64,000 nt of DNA. It comes from Candidatus Poriferihabitaceae bacterium (GTDB lineage: Bacteria; Pseudomonadota; Gammaproteobacteria; Arenicellales; Poriferihabitantaceae). Shown in pieces: positions 36,848-47,610 of this stretch. The notes below the pieces were generated by a model that was not told the origin of the DNA, made no database searches, and saw only the letters and a program-made list of their open reading frames with translations. The stretch covers positions 511,733-575,732 of the forward strand of contig OZ243919.1 in the NCBI GenBank assembly GCA_965213885.1, in the 5' to 3' direction. Numbering within the stretch: the first letter of the stretch is position 1; each line of letters starts with the position of its first letter. Made by a program: the position numbers and the translations under genes.

Positions 36848-38587
36848 ATGAAACAGCGCATCGCGTCCCTGGTCGCCCGGTCCGTAGAGGCACTCAAGGG
36901 GACGGTTCCGTTGCCGGATGGGGCGGAGGATCGCGTCCAGGTTGACCGCACCCGGGACCCCGCTCACGGAGACTATGCCAGCAACATTGCCCTGGTGATG
37001 GCAAAGCCGGCGGGGATGAATCCGCGGGACCTGGCGGCGCGGGTGGTGGCAGGGCTGCCGGACTGCGGCCTGGTGGAGAAGGTGGACGTCGCGGGGCCCG
37101 GTTTCATCAATTTCACCATCGCCAGGGATGCGTGGCTGGAACTGATCGGGCAGGTGCGTTCCCTGGGCGGGCGCTACGGCTGCAGTGATGCAGGCGGCAA
37201 CCGCCGGATCATGGTGGAATATGTTTCCGCCAACCCCACGGGGCCGCTCCACGTCGGTCACGGGCGCGGGGCCGCCTACGGGGATTCCCTGGTGCGGGTC
37301 CTGCGCGCGGCCGGCTACGATGCCCGAAGCGAATACTACATCAACGATGCCGGGCGGCAGATGGATATCCTGGCGCTCAGTGTTTGGCTGCGATATCTGG
37401 AGCTGCACGGAGAGCGCATCGGGTTCCCCGACGGCGGATACCGGGGAGACTATGTCAGGGACATCGCCCGGAATCTGGCAGGTGAGGTCGGCGACGTGCT
37501 GGTGCACTCGTCGGCGTCGCTGTTCGAGAACCTGCCGGACGAAGCCGACCCGGCCATGGACGCCATGGTGACGCGCTGCCGCTCCCTGCTGGGGGACTCC
37601 GGGTTCAAAACGGTGTTCGATCTTGCCTGCTGGGCCATGGTGAAGGACATCCGCCAGGACCTCTGCGAGTTCGGCGTTGCGTTCGACCGCTGGTTCTCCG
37701 AGCGCAGCCTGGTGACCGGCGGTGCCATGGACCAGGCGATCCGGGTGCTCGAGACCAACGGCCATGTCTACGAGAAGGACGGTGCCAAGTGGTTCCGTGC
37801 AACGGATTTCGGCGACGAGAAGGACCGCGTGGTGGTCAGGGCCAACGGCGCTCATACCTATTTCGCCACGGATCTCGCCTACCACTTTGACAAGGGCGAG
37901 CGGGGTTTCGACCGAATCCTGGACATCTTCGGGGCGGATCATCACGGCTACGTCAACCGGATCAGGGCTTCCTTCGAGGCGCTCGGACATCCAAGGGAGA
38001 AGCTGGATATCCTGCTGGTGCAGTTTGCCGTGCTCTATCGCGGTGGAGAGAAGGTATCCATGTCCACCAGGGAAGGGGAGTTCGTGACACTGCGGGAGCT
38101 ACGCGGGGAGGTGGGCAACGACGCAGCGCGTTTCTTCTACGCGCTGAGGCGTCCGGAGCAGCACATGGACTTCGACCTGGATCTCGCGAAGTCACAGTCT
38201 GCGGACAACCCGGTCTATTACATCCAGTATGCCCACGCGAGGATCTGCAGCGTGTTCCGGCAGCTCCGTGAGCGTGGCATGGAGACCCCGGAGACCGCTT
38301 CGCCGGACTACGGTCATCTCGTGGAAGACCGCGAGCTGGAACTGTTGCGCACCCTGTCGAGATACCCCGAGGTGGTAGCCTCCGCGGCCGCTTCGCTGGA
38401 ACCCCACCAGGTTGCCTACTACCTGCGAGACCTCGCCACCGATTTCCATACCTACTACAATGCACATCCGTTCCTTGCAAGCGAGAACGATCTGCGCCTG
38501 GCCAGACTGGGCCTGATCGATGCCACCCGGCAGGTCATCGCCAACGGGCTTGACCTCCTCGGTGTCAGCGCGCCGGAATCAATGTAG
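36848..38587 (+). CDS. argS: Arginyl-tRNA synthetase
   Basis: HGDYASN, VAGPGFINF, EYVSANPTGPLHVGH, GADHHGY, YIQYAHARICS, APESM. Confidence 0.97.
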   Translation: MKQRIASLVARSVEALKGTVPLPDGAEDRVQVDRTRDPAHGDYASNIALVMAKPAGMNPRDLAARVVAGLPDCGLVEKVDVAGPGFINFTIARDAWLELIGQVRSLGGRYGCSDAGGNRRIMVEYVSANPTGPLHVGHGRGAAYGDSLVRVLRAAGYDARSEYYINDAGRQMDILALSVWLRYLELHGERIGFPDGGYRGDYVRDIARNLAGEVGDVLVHSSASLFENLPDEADPAMDAMVTRCRSLLGDSGFKTVFDLACWAMVKDIRQDLCEFGVAFDRWFSERSLVTGGAMDQAIRVLETNGHVYEKDGAKWFRATDFGDEKDRVVVRANGAHTYFATDLAYHFDKGERGFDRILDIFGADHHGYVNRIRASFEALGHPREKLDILLVQFAVLYRGGEKVSMSTREGEFVTLRELRGEVGNDAARFFYALRRPEQHMDFDLDLAKSQSADNPVYYIQYAHARICSVFRQLRERGMETPETASPDYGHLVEDRELELLRTLSRYPEVVASAAASLEPHQVAYYLRDLATDFHTYYNAHPFLASENDLRLARLGLIDATRQVIANGLDLLGVSAPESM

Positions 38588-38611
38588 ATGGGTAGCGGCA
38601 GTACGAGATCA

Positions 38612-39391
38612 ATGGCCCAGGCGAAAAAGAAAAGGGACAGGTCGACCTCGGCCAGGCAAAAGGGGGGCGGGACCCTCTTGTCCGGGGTGTTTTCCGGCAG
38701 TGCCGGTATGCTGTTCACGGGCATCGTAATCGGTTCACTCGGCACTACGCTCTGGCACGGATGGCGGGACGGGGACAGCGAGGTCGGATCCGGAATCCGG
38801 CGCATGATGGAGGATTCCAGCGAGCGTTCCGCCGGCGCCGGATCCGTCGAGCCCGCCCCCGCCCCCAAGCCAGAGCCGCAGAAGACCAATTACGACTTCT
38901 TCACCGTCCTGCCCGAGATCGAGGTGGTGGTGTCCGAAGGCGAGCACACACCGCCCGAGGCGGAATCCCGGGAGCAGGCACCTTCCGAAGCGGCAACCGC
39001 CGAGACGGCATCCGCCGGACCGGAACCCTCCGGAACCGAACCTGCCCGACTGGCATCCTCCGATCCGGCCCCCGCCCAGCCGGCAGTGACGCCGGAAAAG
39101 CCCACGGCCCCCGTCCGGGAAGCGAAACCGGAGCCGGTCAGCACCTACATGCTGCAGGCCGGCTCCTTCAGTCGTCCCTCTGCAGCGGACAAGCAAAAGG
39201 CCAGGATTGCACTGCTCGGGCTGAGCGCAGGCATCCAGAAGGTCACGATCCAGGGCCGCGGTGATTTCTACCGGGTCCGGCTTGGACCCTTTCCCAGCTA
39301 TTCCCGCATGGAGGCGGCGGACAAGAGGCTTAAAGGGGAGGGAATCTCGGCCATACGGCTCAAGGTTTCACGTCCGAACCGGGGCGCCTGA
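38612..39391 (+). CDS. SPOR-domain (FtsN-like) cell division protein
   Basis: TM segment, YDFFTVLPE motif, Pro/Ala linker, SPOR motifs YMLQAGSF and YRVRLGPF; follows argS. Confidence 0.88.
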   Translation: MAQAKKKRDRSTSARQKGGGTLLSGVFSGSAGMLFTGIVIGSLGTTLWHGWRDGDSEVGSGIRRMMEDSSERSAGAGSVEPAPAPKPEPQKTNYDFFTVLPEIEVVVSEGEHTPPEAESREQAPSEAATAETASAGPEPSGTEPARLASSDPAPAQPAVTPEKPTAPVREAKPEPVSTYMLQAGSFSRPSAADKQKARIALLGLSAGIQKVTIQGRGDFYRVRLGPFPSYSRMEAADKRLKGEGISAIRLKVSRPNRGA

Positions 39392-39407
39392 ATTCCACAC
39401 GGGCGAC

Positions 39408-40343
39408 ATGTCAAGGACCCTGCGGATCGCCACCCGGAAAAGCCAGCTCGCCCTCTGGCAGGCGCACCATGTCAGGGACCGGCTGCAGTCCTGCCACGAG
39501 GGGCTCGAAGTGGAGATCGTGGAACTGGTGTCCGAGGGGGACCGGACCCTGGACATCCCCCTTTCCAGGGTGGGCGGCAAGGGATTGTTCCTGAAGGAGC
39601 TGGAACAGGCCATCCTCGGCGGGGACTGCGACATCGCGGTGCATTCGATGAAGGATGTCACCGTGACCCTGCCCGATGGACTGGCGATCGCCGCGATCTG
39701 CCCCAGGGAGGACCCCCGGGATGCGCTGGTTTCCAACCGCCACGAATCACTGGAATCCCTCCCGCTGGGGGCCGTGGTCGGCACCTGCAGCCTTCGGCGG
39801 GGATGCCAGCTCCGCGCGGCGTTCCCGCAACTCGAGGTGCGCAACCTCCGGGGCAACGTCAACACCCGGCTTTCCCGGCTGGACCGGGGTGATTACGACG
39901 CGCTGATCCTGGCGGCCGCGGGCCTGATCCGGCTCCGGTTCCGGCAGCGGATCCGCACCTGCCTCGACACGGACATGATGCTGCCGGCAGTGGGGCAGGG
40001 CGCCGTGGGAATCGAGTGCCGCGAGGACGACACCGAAATACTTGCCCTGCTCGAACCGCTCGGGGATGCCGACACCACGCTCAGGGTCCGCGCCGAACGC
40101 GCCGTCAACGAAGGCCTGGGCGGGGGCTGCCATGTGCCCGTGGCAGCCTATGCGGAAATCAACGGAGACGCCATGCGCGTGCGCGGCCTGGTGGGGCAGC
40201 CCGACGGCTCCCGGCTGCTGCGGGCCGAGGCCAGGGGCAGTCCCACCGACGCAGTATCCCTGGGCTGCGAGGTCGCGGACGGACTACTGGGGCAGGGTGC
40301 GGGGGAGATTCTCGCTGAAGTCTATGACGGCGGGCCCGCTTGA
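39408..40343 (+). CDS. hemC: Hydroxymethylbilane synthase
   Basis: [43 protein letters not shown]. Confidence 0.97.
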   Translation: MSRTLRIATRKSQLALWQAHHVRDRLQSCHEGLEVEIVELVSEGDRTLDIPLSRVGGKGLFLKELEQAILGGDCDIAVHSMKDVTVTLPDGLAIAAICPREDPRDALVSNRHESLESLPLGAVVGTCSLRRGCQLRAAFPQLEVRNLRGNVNTRLSRLDRGDYDALILAAAGLIRLRFRQRIRTCLDTDMMLPAVGQGAVGIECREDDTEILALLEPLGDADTTLRVRAERAVNEGLGGGCHVPVAAYAEINGDAMRVRGLVGQPDGSRLLRAEARGSPTDAVSLGCEVADGLLGQGAGEILAEVYDGGPA

Positions 40344-41118
40344 AGGCGCAAGTGTCCTGATCACCCGGCCCGGGGGCCGGGGTGCCGACCTGGCGCAAAA
40401 AATCACCGGCGCAGGCGGCGAGGCGATCTGCTTTCCGGTCCTTGTGATCGACCTGCTCCCTTCGGACGCCATGCTGAGCCCCGCAGGGCTGGCGCTCGAC
40501 CGCTTCGCCCTTGCGGTCTTCATCAGCGTTTACTCGGTGAGGGCCATGGCGGCCACGCTGACCGCTTCCGGCCACTTTCCCCGGAACGTGGAAGTCGCTG
40601 CGATCGGCACGGCGACCGCAAGCGCGCTGGAGAATCTGGGCATTCCCGCCCGGCACCTGCCCCGGGACAGCCATGACAGCGAAGGACTCCTGCGGGCGCT
40701 TGCCGCGTTGTCCGTCTCGGGCCGTGATGTGGTGATCTACAGTGGGGATGCCGGGCGGGACGCACTGGCGGAAGGCCTCCGGGAGCGGGGTGCCAGGGTG
40801 CACCAGCTTGCCTGCTACCGGCGCCGGCCCAACCCGTCCCCGCCGGTGGAGCGCCTGTCGCAATGGCTTGGCCGGCCCCGGGGTGTCCTGCTGGTGACCA
40901 GCGTTGCCATACTGGATGCCCTGCTTGGTCACGTCCCCGCCCGGGGTAGCCAGGCGCTGTTCGGCCGGCCGGTGGTCACCCTGAGTGACCGCATAGCGGC
41001 GGCCTGCCGCGCGGCCGGGTTTCACGGGCCGGTCCTGACGACTGAAGGCACTGGTTCCGGGGCGATCCTGGCGGCACTGACGACGCTTCACGGAGCAGGA
41101 AGTCAGGGCCGGGATTGA
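40324..41118 (+). CDS. hemD: Uroporphyrinogen-III synthase
   Basis: [45 protein letters not shown]. Confidence 0.88.
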   Translation: MTAGPLEGASVLITRPGGRGADLAQKITGAGGEAICFPVLVIDLLPSDAMLSPAGLALDRFALAVFISVYSVRAMAATLTASGHFPRNVEVAAIGTATASALENLGIPARHLPRDSHDSEGLLRALAALSVSGRDVVIYSGDAGRDALAEGLRERGARVHQLACYRRRPNPSPPVERLSQWLGRPRGVLLVTSVAILDALLGHVPARGSQALFGRPVVTLSDRIAAACRAAGFHGPVLTTEGTGSGAILAALTTLHGAGSQGRD

Positions 41119-41246
41119 GTATCCCCGTGACATTCGTCCGGTCGGTGGTGGCCGGTCCGAAAAGTGAATACAATCGAATCCCGGCTAGAGACACCGGCTG
41201 AAGATGCCGGCTAAACCAACCTGGAGCCCCGCAAAGGGACAGACAA

Positions 41247-42632
41247 TTGGCAGACAGTAAGAATGAGGCAGGGAGCAGCACCACCCCTGCGGATGGCGAT
41301 CAACCCGCCGAGATGACCACAACCTCCACGGGCTCCGACGAGGGGAATACCGGGACGGCGGGTTCAACCCAGAGCACGTCGGCGACGCGGCCCGGACCGG
41401 GCAATGGACCCGCCTGGGGAGCGGCGGTGCTCAGCGTGCTCGCGCTGGCTGCAGCCGGGTACGCCTGGTACCAGACCGCGGTGAATGCCCGGCTGGCCGG
41501 CGGCGAGCAGGACAGCCGAATCAGTATCATCGAGGAGCGTCTCGGCGAAGTCGCCGAAACCCAGGCCGGCGTCGACGGCCTGGTGGAGCAGATCCGCCAG
41601 CAGGTGACCGACAGCCAGGCGGGCATCGCGGAGCAGGTCAGCCAGGTGAGGCAACTGGCGGGCACTTCGGAGTCCGTCCTCCTCGGGCAGATCAGCGAGA
41701 TCAAGCAGCAGCAGGCCGCCAGTGAAAGCCAGCTGATCGAGCAGGTCCGGACATTGCGCGCCGAGGCGGAAACCGGACGCAGGCAGGTGGAAGCAAACCT
41801 GTTGGAGTCTCGGGATCGGCTTGCAGCGCGCAACGACGAATTTCGCCGGGAATTCGATGCTCTGGTGTCCTCCATCGGTGAACTCCAGGCGGAAATCGGC
41901 ACGAGCACCGAACGCTGGGGCCTTCGTCAGGCGGAGCACCTGCTGGTGGTCGCCAACCAGCGCGCCCTCTTGGGGGAAGATGCCCAGGGTGCCCGTACGG
42001 CACTCGAGCTCGCCGACCGGCAGCTGGGCCGTTCCTCCGATCCGTCGCTGTTACCGGTGCGAGAGGCCTTGAGTGCCGAGATCGCGGCGCTTGAGGGCAT
42101 CCGGCCGCCTGATTATGCCGGGGTCACTCATGCGTTGTCCGCGCTCTCGCGCACCCTGGAGGACCTGCCGATGCGCGGCATTACGCCCCAGGCCGGTCCA
42201 TCCGCACGCGTACAATCTACTGCCGCAGGTGGCGATGGGCAGGAAAACACCGAAACCGGGGCCGGCGAGCGGATCCTGAACATCGGCAGGACGTTCCTTG
42301 CGGACCTCGGCGACCTGGTGCAGGTGGAAAAGGACGGGGAGCCGCTGGTGCCGCCTCTGTCCCCGGAAATCCGCCAGATGATCGTGGAGCGCGGCAAGCT
42401 CATCCTGGAAGGCGCCCAGGTCGCGATGATGCGACAGCAGCCCGACATCTACCTGGACCGGCTGGAGGCGGCGGAACAATGGATCCACGAAAGATACGAC
42501 GACAGCCATGACCGGACACTGCACTGGCTCGAGCAGCTGTCCCGCCTCAAGTCCGCCAATCCGAAAACAGACATCCCCGACATCTCCACCTCCCTCGGCA
42601 TCCTGCGCGACCTCATGAGCGGGGGAGCCTGA
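41247..42632 (+). CDS. hemX: HemX-like membrane-anchored coiled-coil protein
   Basis: TM plus coiled coil; WGLRQAEHLLVVANQR...ALELAD; position after hemD. Confidence 0.82.
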   Translation: MADSKNEAGSSTTPADGDQPAEMTTTSTGSDEGNTGTAGSTQSTSATRPGPGNGPAWGAAVLSVLALAAAGYAWYQTAVNARLAGGEQDSRISIIEERLGEVAETQAGVDGLVEQIRQQVTDSQAGIAEQVSQVRQLAGTSESVLLGQISEIKQQQAASESQLIEQVRTLRAEAETGRRQVEANLLESRDRLAARNDEFRREFDALVSSIGELQAEIGTSTERWGLRQAEHLLVVANQRALLGEDAQGARTALELADRQLGRSSDPSLLPVREALSAEIAALEGIRPPDYAGVTHALSALSRTLEDLPMRGITPQAGPSARVQSTAAGGDGQENTETGAGERILNIGRTFLADLGDLVQVEKDGEPLVPPLSPEIRQMIVERGKLILEGAQVAMMRQQPDIYLDRLEAAEQWIHERYDDSHDRTLHWLEQLSRLKSANPKTDIPDISTSLGILRDLMSGGA

Positions 42633-42636
42633 CGCC

Positions 42637-43923
42637 GTGAAACTCCTCATCGCCATCATTCTTGCCCTTGGATTCGCCATCGGCCTCGGGATGTACGCCA
42701 TGGAGGACCCGGGGTACGTGATCCTCTCCCGGGAGCCGTACATGGTGCGGATGCCGATGGCATTGCTGGTTCTCCTGCTGCTTGCCCTGTTCGCGCTTTT
42801 GTATCTGTTGCTCAACTTCATCGTGGGACTGGTACGGGCACCGAAACGGATCCGACAATGGCGCACCGGCAAGAAGGAGATCGGCGCACAGCAGGTGACC
42901 ATGAAGGGATTCGCCAACCTGATCGAGGGTGACTGGCGGGAAGCGGAAGGGCACCTCCTTTCCAGCCTGGAGCACAACAAGGCCTCGCTGATGAATTACC
43001 TGGGTGCGGCGTATGCCGCCCAGCAACAGGGGCTTATTGACCGCCGCAACAAGCACATCGAGACCGCCCTGAAAGCCCATCCCAGGCAGGAACTGGCCAT
43101 CAAGCTGACCCAGGCCAGGATGCAGATGCAGTCAGGAGAATGGGGCAATGCCCGGGATCAGCTGGAACACGTTCGTCTGGCAGCACCGCGCAATCCGGCC
43201 GCCGCGCGCCTTCTGGCGGATGCCTACCGCCATCTGGGGGATTGGCCGTCCCTGGTCAAGCTCCTGCCCACGCTCAGGAAGCTGAAGGTCTTTCCGGAGG
43301 AGGAACTGGAGCGCCGCGAGGCGCAGTCGCTTGCCCGGCATCTGGAGGCCCCGGCGTTGCTCCAGGGCAGCGGCTCACGGGTGGAACAAACCTACAAGGC
43401 GCTGCCGAAAAGGAACCGTGAGGACCCGGCGGCGGTGGCCGGTTATGCCCGCCAGCTGATACGGAGTGGAGAGGATGGCCGGGCCGAGACGGTATTGCGA
43501 AGGACGCTGAACCGCGGGTGGAACGGGGATCTGATCAGGCTCTACGGTACCCTGGAGACGCGAAACGTCACCGACCAGATCAGCCTGCTGAAGTTCTGGG
43601 GCAAGGGGCGCGAGGAGGACCCTGACCTGATGCTGTCCCTGGCCAGGTTGTACTGGCGTGACAACCAGCTGGATCAGGCCAGGGAGCTGATGACTCAGGT
43701 GGTGTCTGAAACGGGGGACGCCGAGGCGGTTGCTGCACTCGGGGACCTGCTCGAGCAGATGGGTGAATCCGAAATCGCCCTGGCTACCTACCGGCAGGGC
43801 TTCAAGGTTCTGGCGGGGGGCGGGGACGCCCGGCAGGAACCTGCTGGCAGCCTGGTCCCGATTGGCACTGCCCAGGGTGCCGAGGACACCCGTGATATCA
43901 TGCCTACCGTCTCCGACCGGTAG
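42637..43923 (+). CDS. hemY: HemY-like TPR membrane protein
   Basis: Two N-terminal TM helices with DPGYV, EGDWREAE, TPR-like helices; hemCDXY order. Confidence 0.85.
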   Translation: MKLLIAIILALGFAIGLGMYAMEDPGYVILSREPYMVRMPMALLVLLLLALFALLYLLLNFIVGLVRAPKRIRQWRTGKKEIGAQQVTMKGFANLIEGDWREAEGHLLSSLEHNKASLMNYLGAAYAAQQQGLIDRRNKHIETALKAHPRQELAIKLTQARMQMQSGEWGNARDQLEHVRLAAPRNPAAARLLADAYRHLGDWPSLVKLLPTLRKLKVFPEEELERREAQSLARHLEAPALLQGSGSRVEQTYKALPKRNREDPAAVAGYARQLIRSGEDGRAETVLRRTLNRGWNGDLIRLYGTLETRNVTDQISLLKFWGKGREEDPDLMLSLARLYWRDNQLDQARELMTQVVSETGDAEAVAALGDLLEQMGESEIALATYRQGFKVLAGGGDARQEPAGSLVPIGTAQGAEDTRDIMPTVSDR

Positions 43924-44350
43924 GGCCCTTCACGTCTGTCCTATTGCAAAGCCCGGCGGAACACCTGCAGGACCCGGCAGTCGGAATGACCCGGGGTTCC
44001 GATAACGGCCGCAATCAGTCATTGTATGTGCTTGGAAACCCGTCGGAAAATCGGTAGAAAATTACCTTGCCATCGGCACTGTCGGCACCTTGCGATCCAT
44101 CCGATCCCGGGTCGCCGTTTTGCCGGCCGCAGGAATCCCCCGGGCTTGGCATCCATGAGCAATCCGGCAGCCGGGAGCCTTTTCAGGTCTGCGAATTTCA
44201 TGTCATTGATCCCGGAGTCGTCGGTGGGTTGTACAGACGCAATTGCCTACAAGAAAAGAGCAATGTTGTTCTTCAGCACCGCACCTTACCCGGCAAATGA
44301 CGTGCGTTACCCGATTTTACAAGAAGGTCAAGGTCGCGCCAGGATCCAGA

Positions 44351-44630
44351 CAGGGCGAATTCGTCCTCTCTAAGAATTTCTGCCGGCCATCCTCGACAGC
44401 TGCTGGGACGAGGGCCGCTGCCGCATCCGAACTGGAGTCGGCCCCGAAAACACCACCCGCCTCAGGCGCTTCGCCATCGGCATCATACGCGCCAAATCCC
44501 CCTGCGTCGCCGCCGTCGTGCGCAGACTCAACCGCAAGCCACACCTCGTCTTCGTCGATCTGAAAATGACGGAAAATACCCTCAACACCACAAAATTCGA
44601 GACTTCCAGCGCGAGAACGAATTAGCCGTG
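44351..44630 (+). mobile_element. Internally deleted ISAs1-family element (280 bp)
   Basis: Inverted repeats CAGGGCGAATTCGTCCTC and (reverse complement) CACGGCTAATTCGTTCTC, 15/18 identical. 44389-44625 encodes a transposase C-terminus ILDSCWDEGRCRIRTGVGPENTTRLRRFAIG...LKMTEN. Confidence 0.8.
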
Positions 44631-44889
44631 ACACCTCAAACGCCTCGTCCTGCATTTACAGGAACTCTGGCCTCCCCTTGCCGATTCCCCCCATTCAGGC
44701 GGCGGCAGGAGCGGGGCATGGTCCCAATGGTCCCAATGGCCCATGCTCCTGCATCGGCTCTTCGGGTAGAATATTACCCTGAATAGCGGTGGATCCGCCG
44801 GCGGACAATGGCGGGCGGAATCCGAGACTGACAGGAACCCGGGGAAAGGGCATCCCCCGACCCGGCCATCATACTCCCAGAGGCCTACC

Positions 44890-47475
44890 TTGCTGGAATC
44901 CTACGAAAAACACGTCGCCGAGCGCGCCAAACTCGGCATCGTTCCCAAACCCCTCGACCCGGAACAGACCTCCGCGCTGGTGGAATTGCTGAAGGCACCG
45001 CCCCCGGGACGGGAGGACATGCTTCTTGACCTGATCCGCAACCGGGTTCCCGCGGGGGTTGACCAGGCGGCCTACATCAAGGCGGCCTTCCTGGCCGCCG
45101 TCCTCAGGGGCGAGGCCGAATCGCCGCTGGTGGACCGGGAACTGGCGGTGGACATGCTCGGCGAGATGCACGGCGGCTACAACATCGCCCCACTGGTCGA
45201 GGCACTGGATGACGAGGTAACCGCCGACGAGGCGGCGGCGGCCCTGTCCCGCACGCTGCTGATGTTCGACGCCTTCTACGACGTCAAGGAGAAGGCCGAC
45301 GCGGGGAACCCCCACGCCGGGAAGGTTCTCCGGTCCTGGGCCGATGCGGAATGGTTCCTGAACGCCCCCGAGGTGGCGGAGAAGATCACCGTCACGGTTT
45401 TCAAGGTCCGCGGGGAGACCAACACCGACGACCTCTCCCCCGCGCCGGACGCCTGGTCGAGGCCCGACATCCCCCTGCACGCGCTGGCGATGCTGAAGAA
45501 CCCGCGCGACGGGCTCACCGACAGGCCGCTGGAGAAGCTGGCGGAGCTGAAGGAAGGGGGCCACCCCGTGGCCTACGTGGGTGACGTGGTGGGCACGGGC
45601 TCATCGCGCAAGTCGGCGACCAATTCCGTCCTGTGGTATACCGGGGAGGATGTGCCGGGCATTCCCAACAAGCGTTCCGGGGGCTACTGCTTCGGTGGCA
45701 AGATTGCGCCCATCTTCTTCAACACCATGGAGGATTCCGGTGCCCTGCCCATCGAGATGGATGTGTCTGGGATGGAGATGGGAGACGTGATCGATGTCTA
45801 TCCCTACGAGGGCAGGGTCTGCCGTCACGGCACCGACGAGGAAATCAGCACCTTCAGTCTCAAGACCGCCGTCCTGCTGGATGAGGTTCGCGCGGGCGGG
45901 CGGATCAACCTGATCATCGGGCGCGGGCTGACCGTCCGGGCCCGGGAAGCCCTGAGTCTGCCGGAAAGCGATGTCTTCCGGAAGCCAGACCCGCCCAGGG
46001 ACACCGGCAGGGGATACACCCTGGCGCAGAAGATGGTGGGCCAGGCCTGCGGCCTTCCGGGGGTGCGCCCCGGGCAGTACTGCGAGCCCCGCATGACCAC
46101 CGTAGGTTCCCAGGACACCACCGGTCCCATGACCCGGGACGAACTCAAGGATCTCGCCTGCCTGGGCTTCCAGGCGGACCTGGTGATGCAGTCGTTCTGC
46201 CATACCTCGGCCTACCCGAAGCCGGTGGACGTCCAGACTCATCACAGCCTGCCCGACTTCATGATGGATCGGGGTGGTGTTTCGCTCAAACCGGGGGACG
46301 GCATCATCCATTCCTGGATGAACCGGATGCTGATGCCGGACACCGTGGGCACCGGCGGCGACTCCCATACCCGGTTCCCCATCGGCATCTCCTTCCCGGC
46401 GGGCTCGGGCCTGGTTGCCTTCGCGGCGGCCACCGGCGTGATGCCGCTGGACATGCCGGAATCGGTGCTGGTCCGTTTCACCGGCACCATGCAACCGGGC
46501 ATCACCCTTAGGGACCTCGTGCACGCCATCCCGTACACGGCGATCCAGAAGGGTCTGCTCACGGTGGCGAAGCAGGACAAGAAGAACGTCTTTTCCGGGC
46601 GGGTTCTGGAGATCGAGGGATTGCCGGACCTGAAGATCGAGCAGGCGTTCGAGATCGCCGATGCGTCCGCGGAGCGCTCGGCGTCCGGCTGCACCATCAA
46701 GCTGAACCGGGAACCCATCATTGAGTACATCCAGTCCAACATCGTGATGCTGCGCTGGATGATCAGCGAGGGGTATGGTGACCGGCGCACCATCGACCGG
46801 CGGATTGCCGCCATGAAGGCGTGGCTGGACAGCCCGAAACTGATGGAGGCGGACCCCGACGCGGAGTACGTCGAGGTGATCGAGATCAACCTCGACGGGA
46901 TCACCGAGCCGATCTTGTGCGCACCCAACGACCCGGACGATGCCCGACTGCTGTCCGAGGTGGCGGGGGACCGGGTGGACGAGGTGTTCATCGGCTCCTG
47001 CATGACCAACATTGGCCACTTCCGCGCAGCCGGCAAGCTGCTGGACAAGATGGGCCGGGTGATCCCGACCCGGATGTGGATTGTTCCACCTACCAAGATG
47101 GACCAGGCACAGCTCGTGGAGGAGGGCTGGTACGCGGTCTACGCAAAGGCGGGTGCGCGGGTAGAGCCGCCCGGCTGCTCCCTGTGCATGGGCAACCAGG
47201 CCCGGGTGGCGGACAACGCCACCGTCGTATCCACCTCGACGCGGAATTTCCCCAACCGGCTCGGCAAGGATGCCAACGTATACCTCGCCTCGTCCGAACT
47301 GTCCGCCGTGGCGGGAGTGATCGGGCGGCTGCCCACGGTGGACGAGTACATGGAGGTGGCGGCCGAACTCAACACCATGGCGGCGGAAGTGTACCGCTAC
47401 CTGAACTTCAACGAGATCGACCACTATCAGCGCGCGGCGAATTCGGTGGTGCCCGACCAGCAATTCGCACACTGA
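44890..47475 (+). CDS. acnB: Aconitate hydratase B
   Basis: GETNTDDLSPAPDAWSRPDIPLHA, GSSRKSATNS, QSFCHT, GGDSHTRF, GSCMTNIGH, GCSLCMGNQ. Confidence 0.97.
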   Translation: MLESYEKHVAERAKLGIVPKPLDPEQTSALVELLKAPPPGREDMLLDLIRNRVPAGVDQAAYIKAAFLAAVLRGEAESPLVDRELAVDMLGEMHGGYNIAPLVEALDDEVTADEAAAALSRTLLMFDAFYDVKEKADAGNPHAGKVLRSWADAEWFLNAPEVAEKITVTVFKVRGETNTDDLSPAPDAWSRPDIPLHALAMLKNPRDGLTDRPLEKLAELKEGGHPVAYVGDVVGTGSSRKSATNSVLWYTGEDVPGIPNKRSGGYCFGGKIAPIFFNTMEDSGALPIEMDVSGMEMGDVIDVYPYEGRVCRHGTDEEISTFSLKTAVLLDEVRAGGRINLIIGRGLTVRAREALSLPESDVFRKPDPPRDTGRGYTLAQKMVGQACGLPGVRPGQYCEPRMTTVGSQDTTGPMTRDELKDLACLGFQADLVMQSFCHTSAYPKPVDVQTHHSLPDFMMDRGGVSLKPGDGIIHSWMNRMLMPDTVGTGGDSHTRFPIGISFPAGSGLVAFAAATGVMPLDMPESVLVRFTGTMQPGITLRDLVHAIPYTAIQKGLLTVAKQDKKNVFSGRVLEIEGLPDLKIEQAFEIADASAERSASGCTIKLNREPIIEYIQSNIVMLRWMISEGYGDRRTIDRRIAAMKAWLDSPKLMEADPDAEYVEVIEINLDGITEPILCAPNDPDDARLLSEVAGDRVDEVFIGSCMTNIGHFRAAGKLLDKMGRVIPTRMWIVPPTKMDQAQLVEEGWYAVYAKAGARVEPPGCSLCMGNQARVADNATVVSTSTRNFPNRLGKDANVYLASSELSAVAGVIGRLPTVDEYMEVAAELNTMAAEVYRYLNFNEIDHYQRAANSVVPDQQFAH

Positions 47476-47610
47476 TCCCTGGCCGGCGGCTCACCCGGGG
47501 GCCGTGCCGACCCGTCCATCCCGGGGAACGTCCGGCCCCCCCGGCGTGCCAAACCGATATAATACGCCCGCCCCCGGCCGGGTTACGGCCATCCATCGCC
47601 ATCATCATCC

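Noticed and set aside
43925-44350. Possible small gene or remnant after hemY (also 29680-30110 and 58040-58310)
   Set aside because: No motif, RBS or RNA family could be recognised by eye; this needs BLASTX or Rfam.
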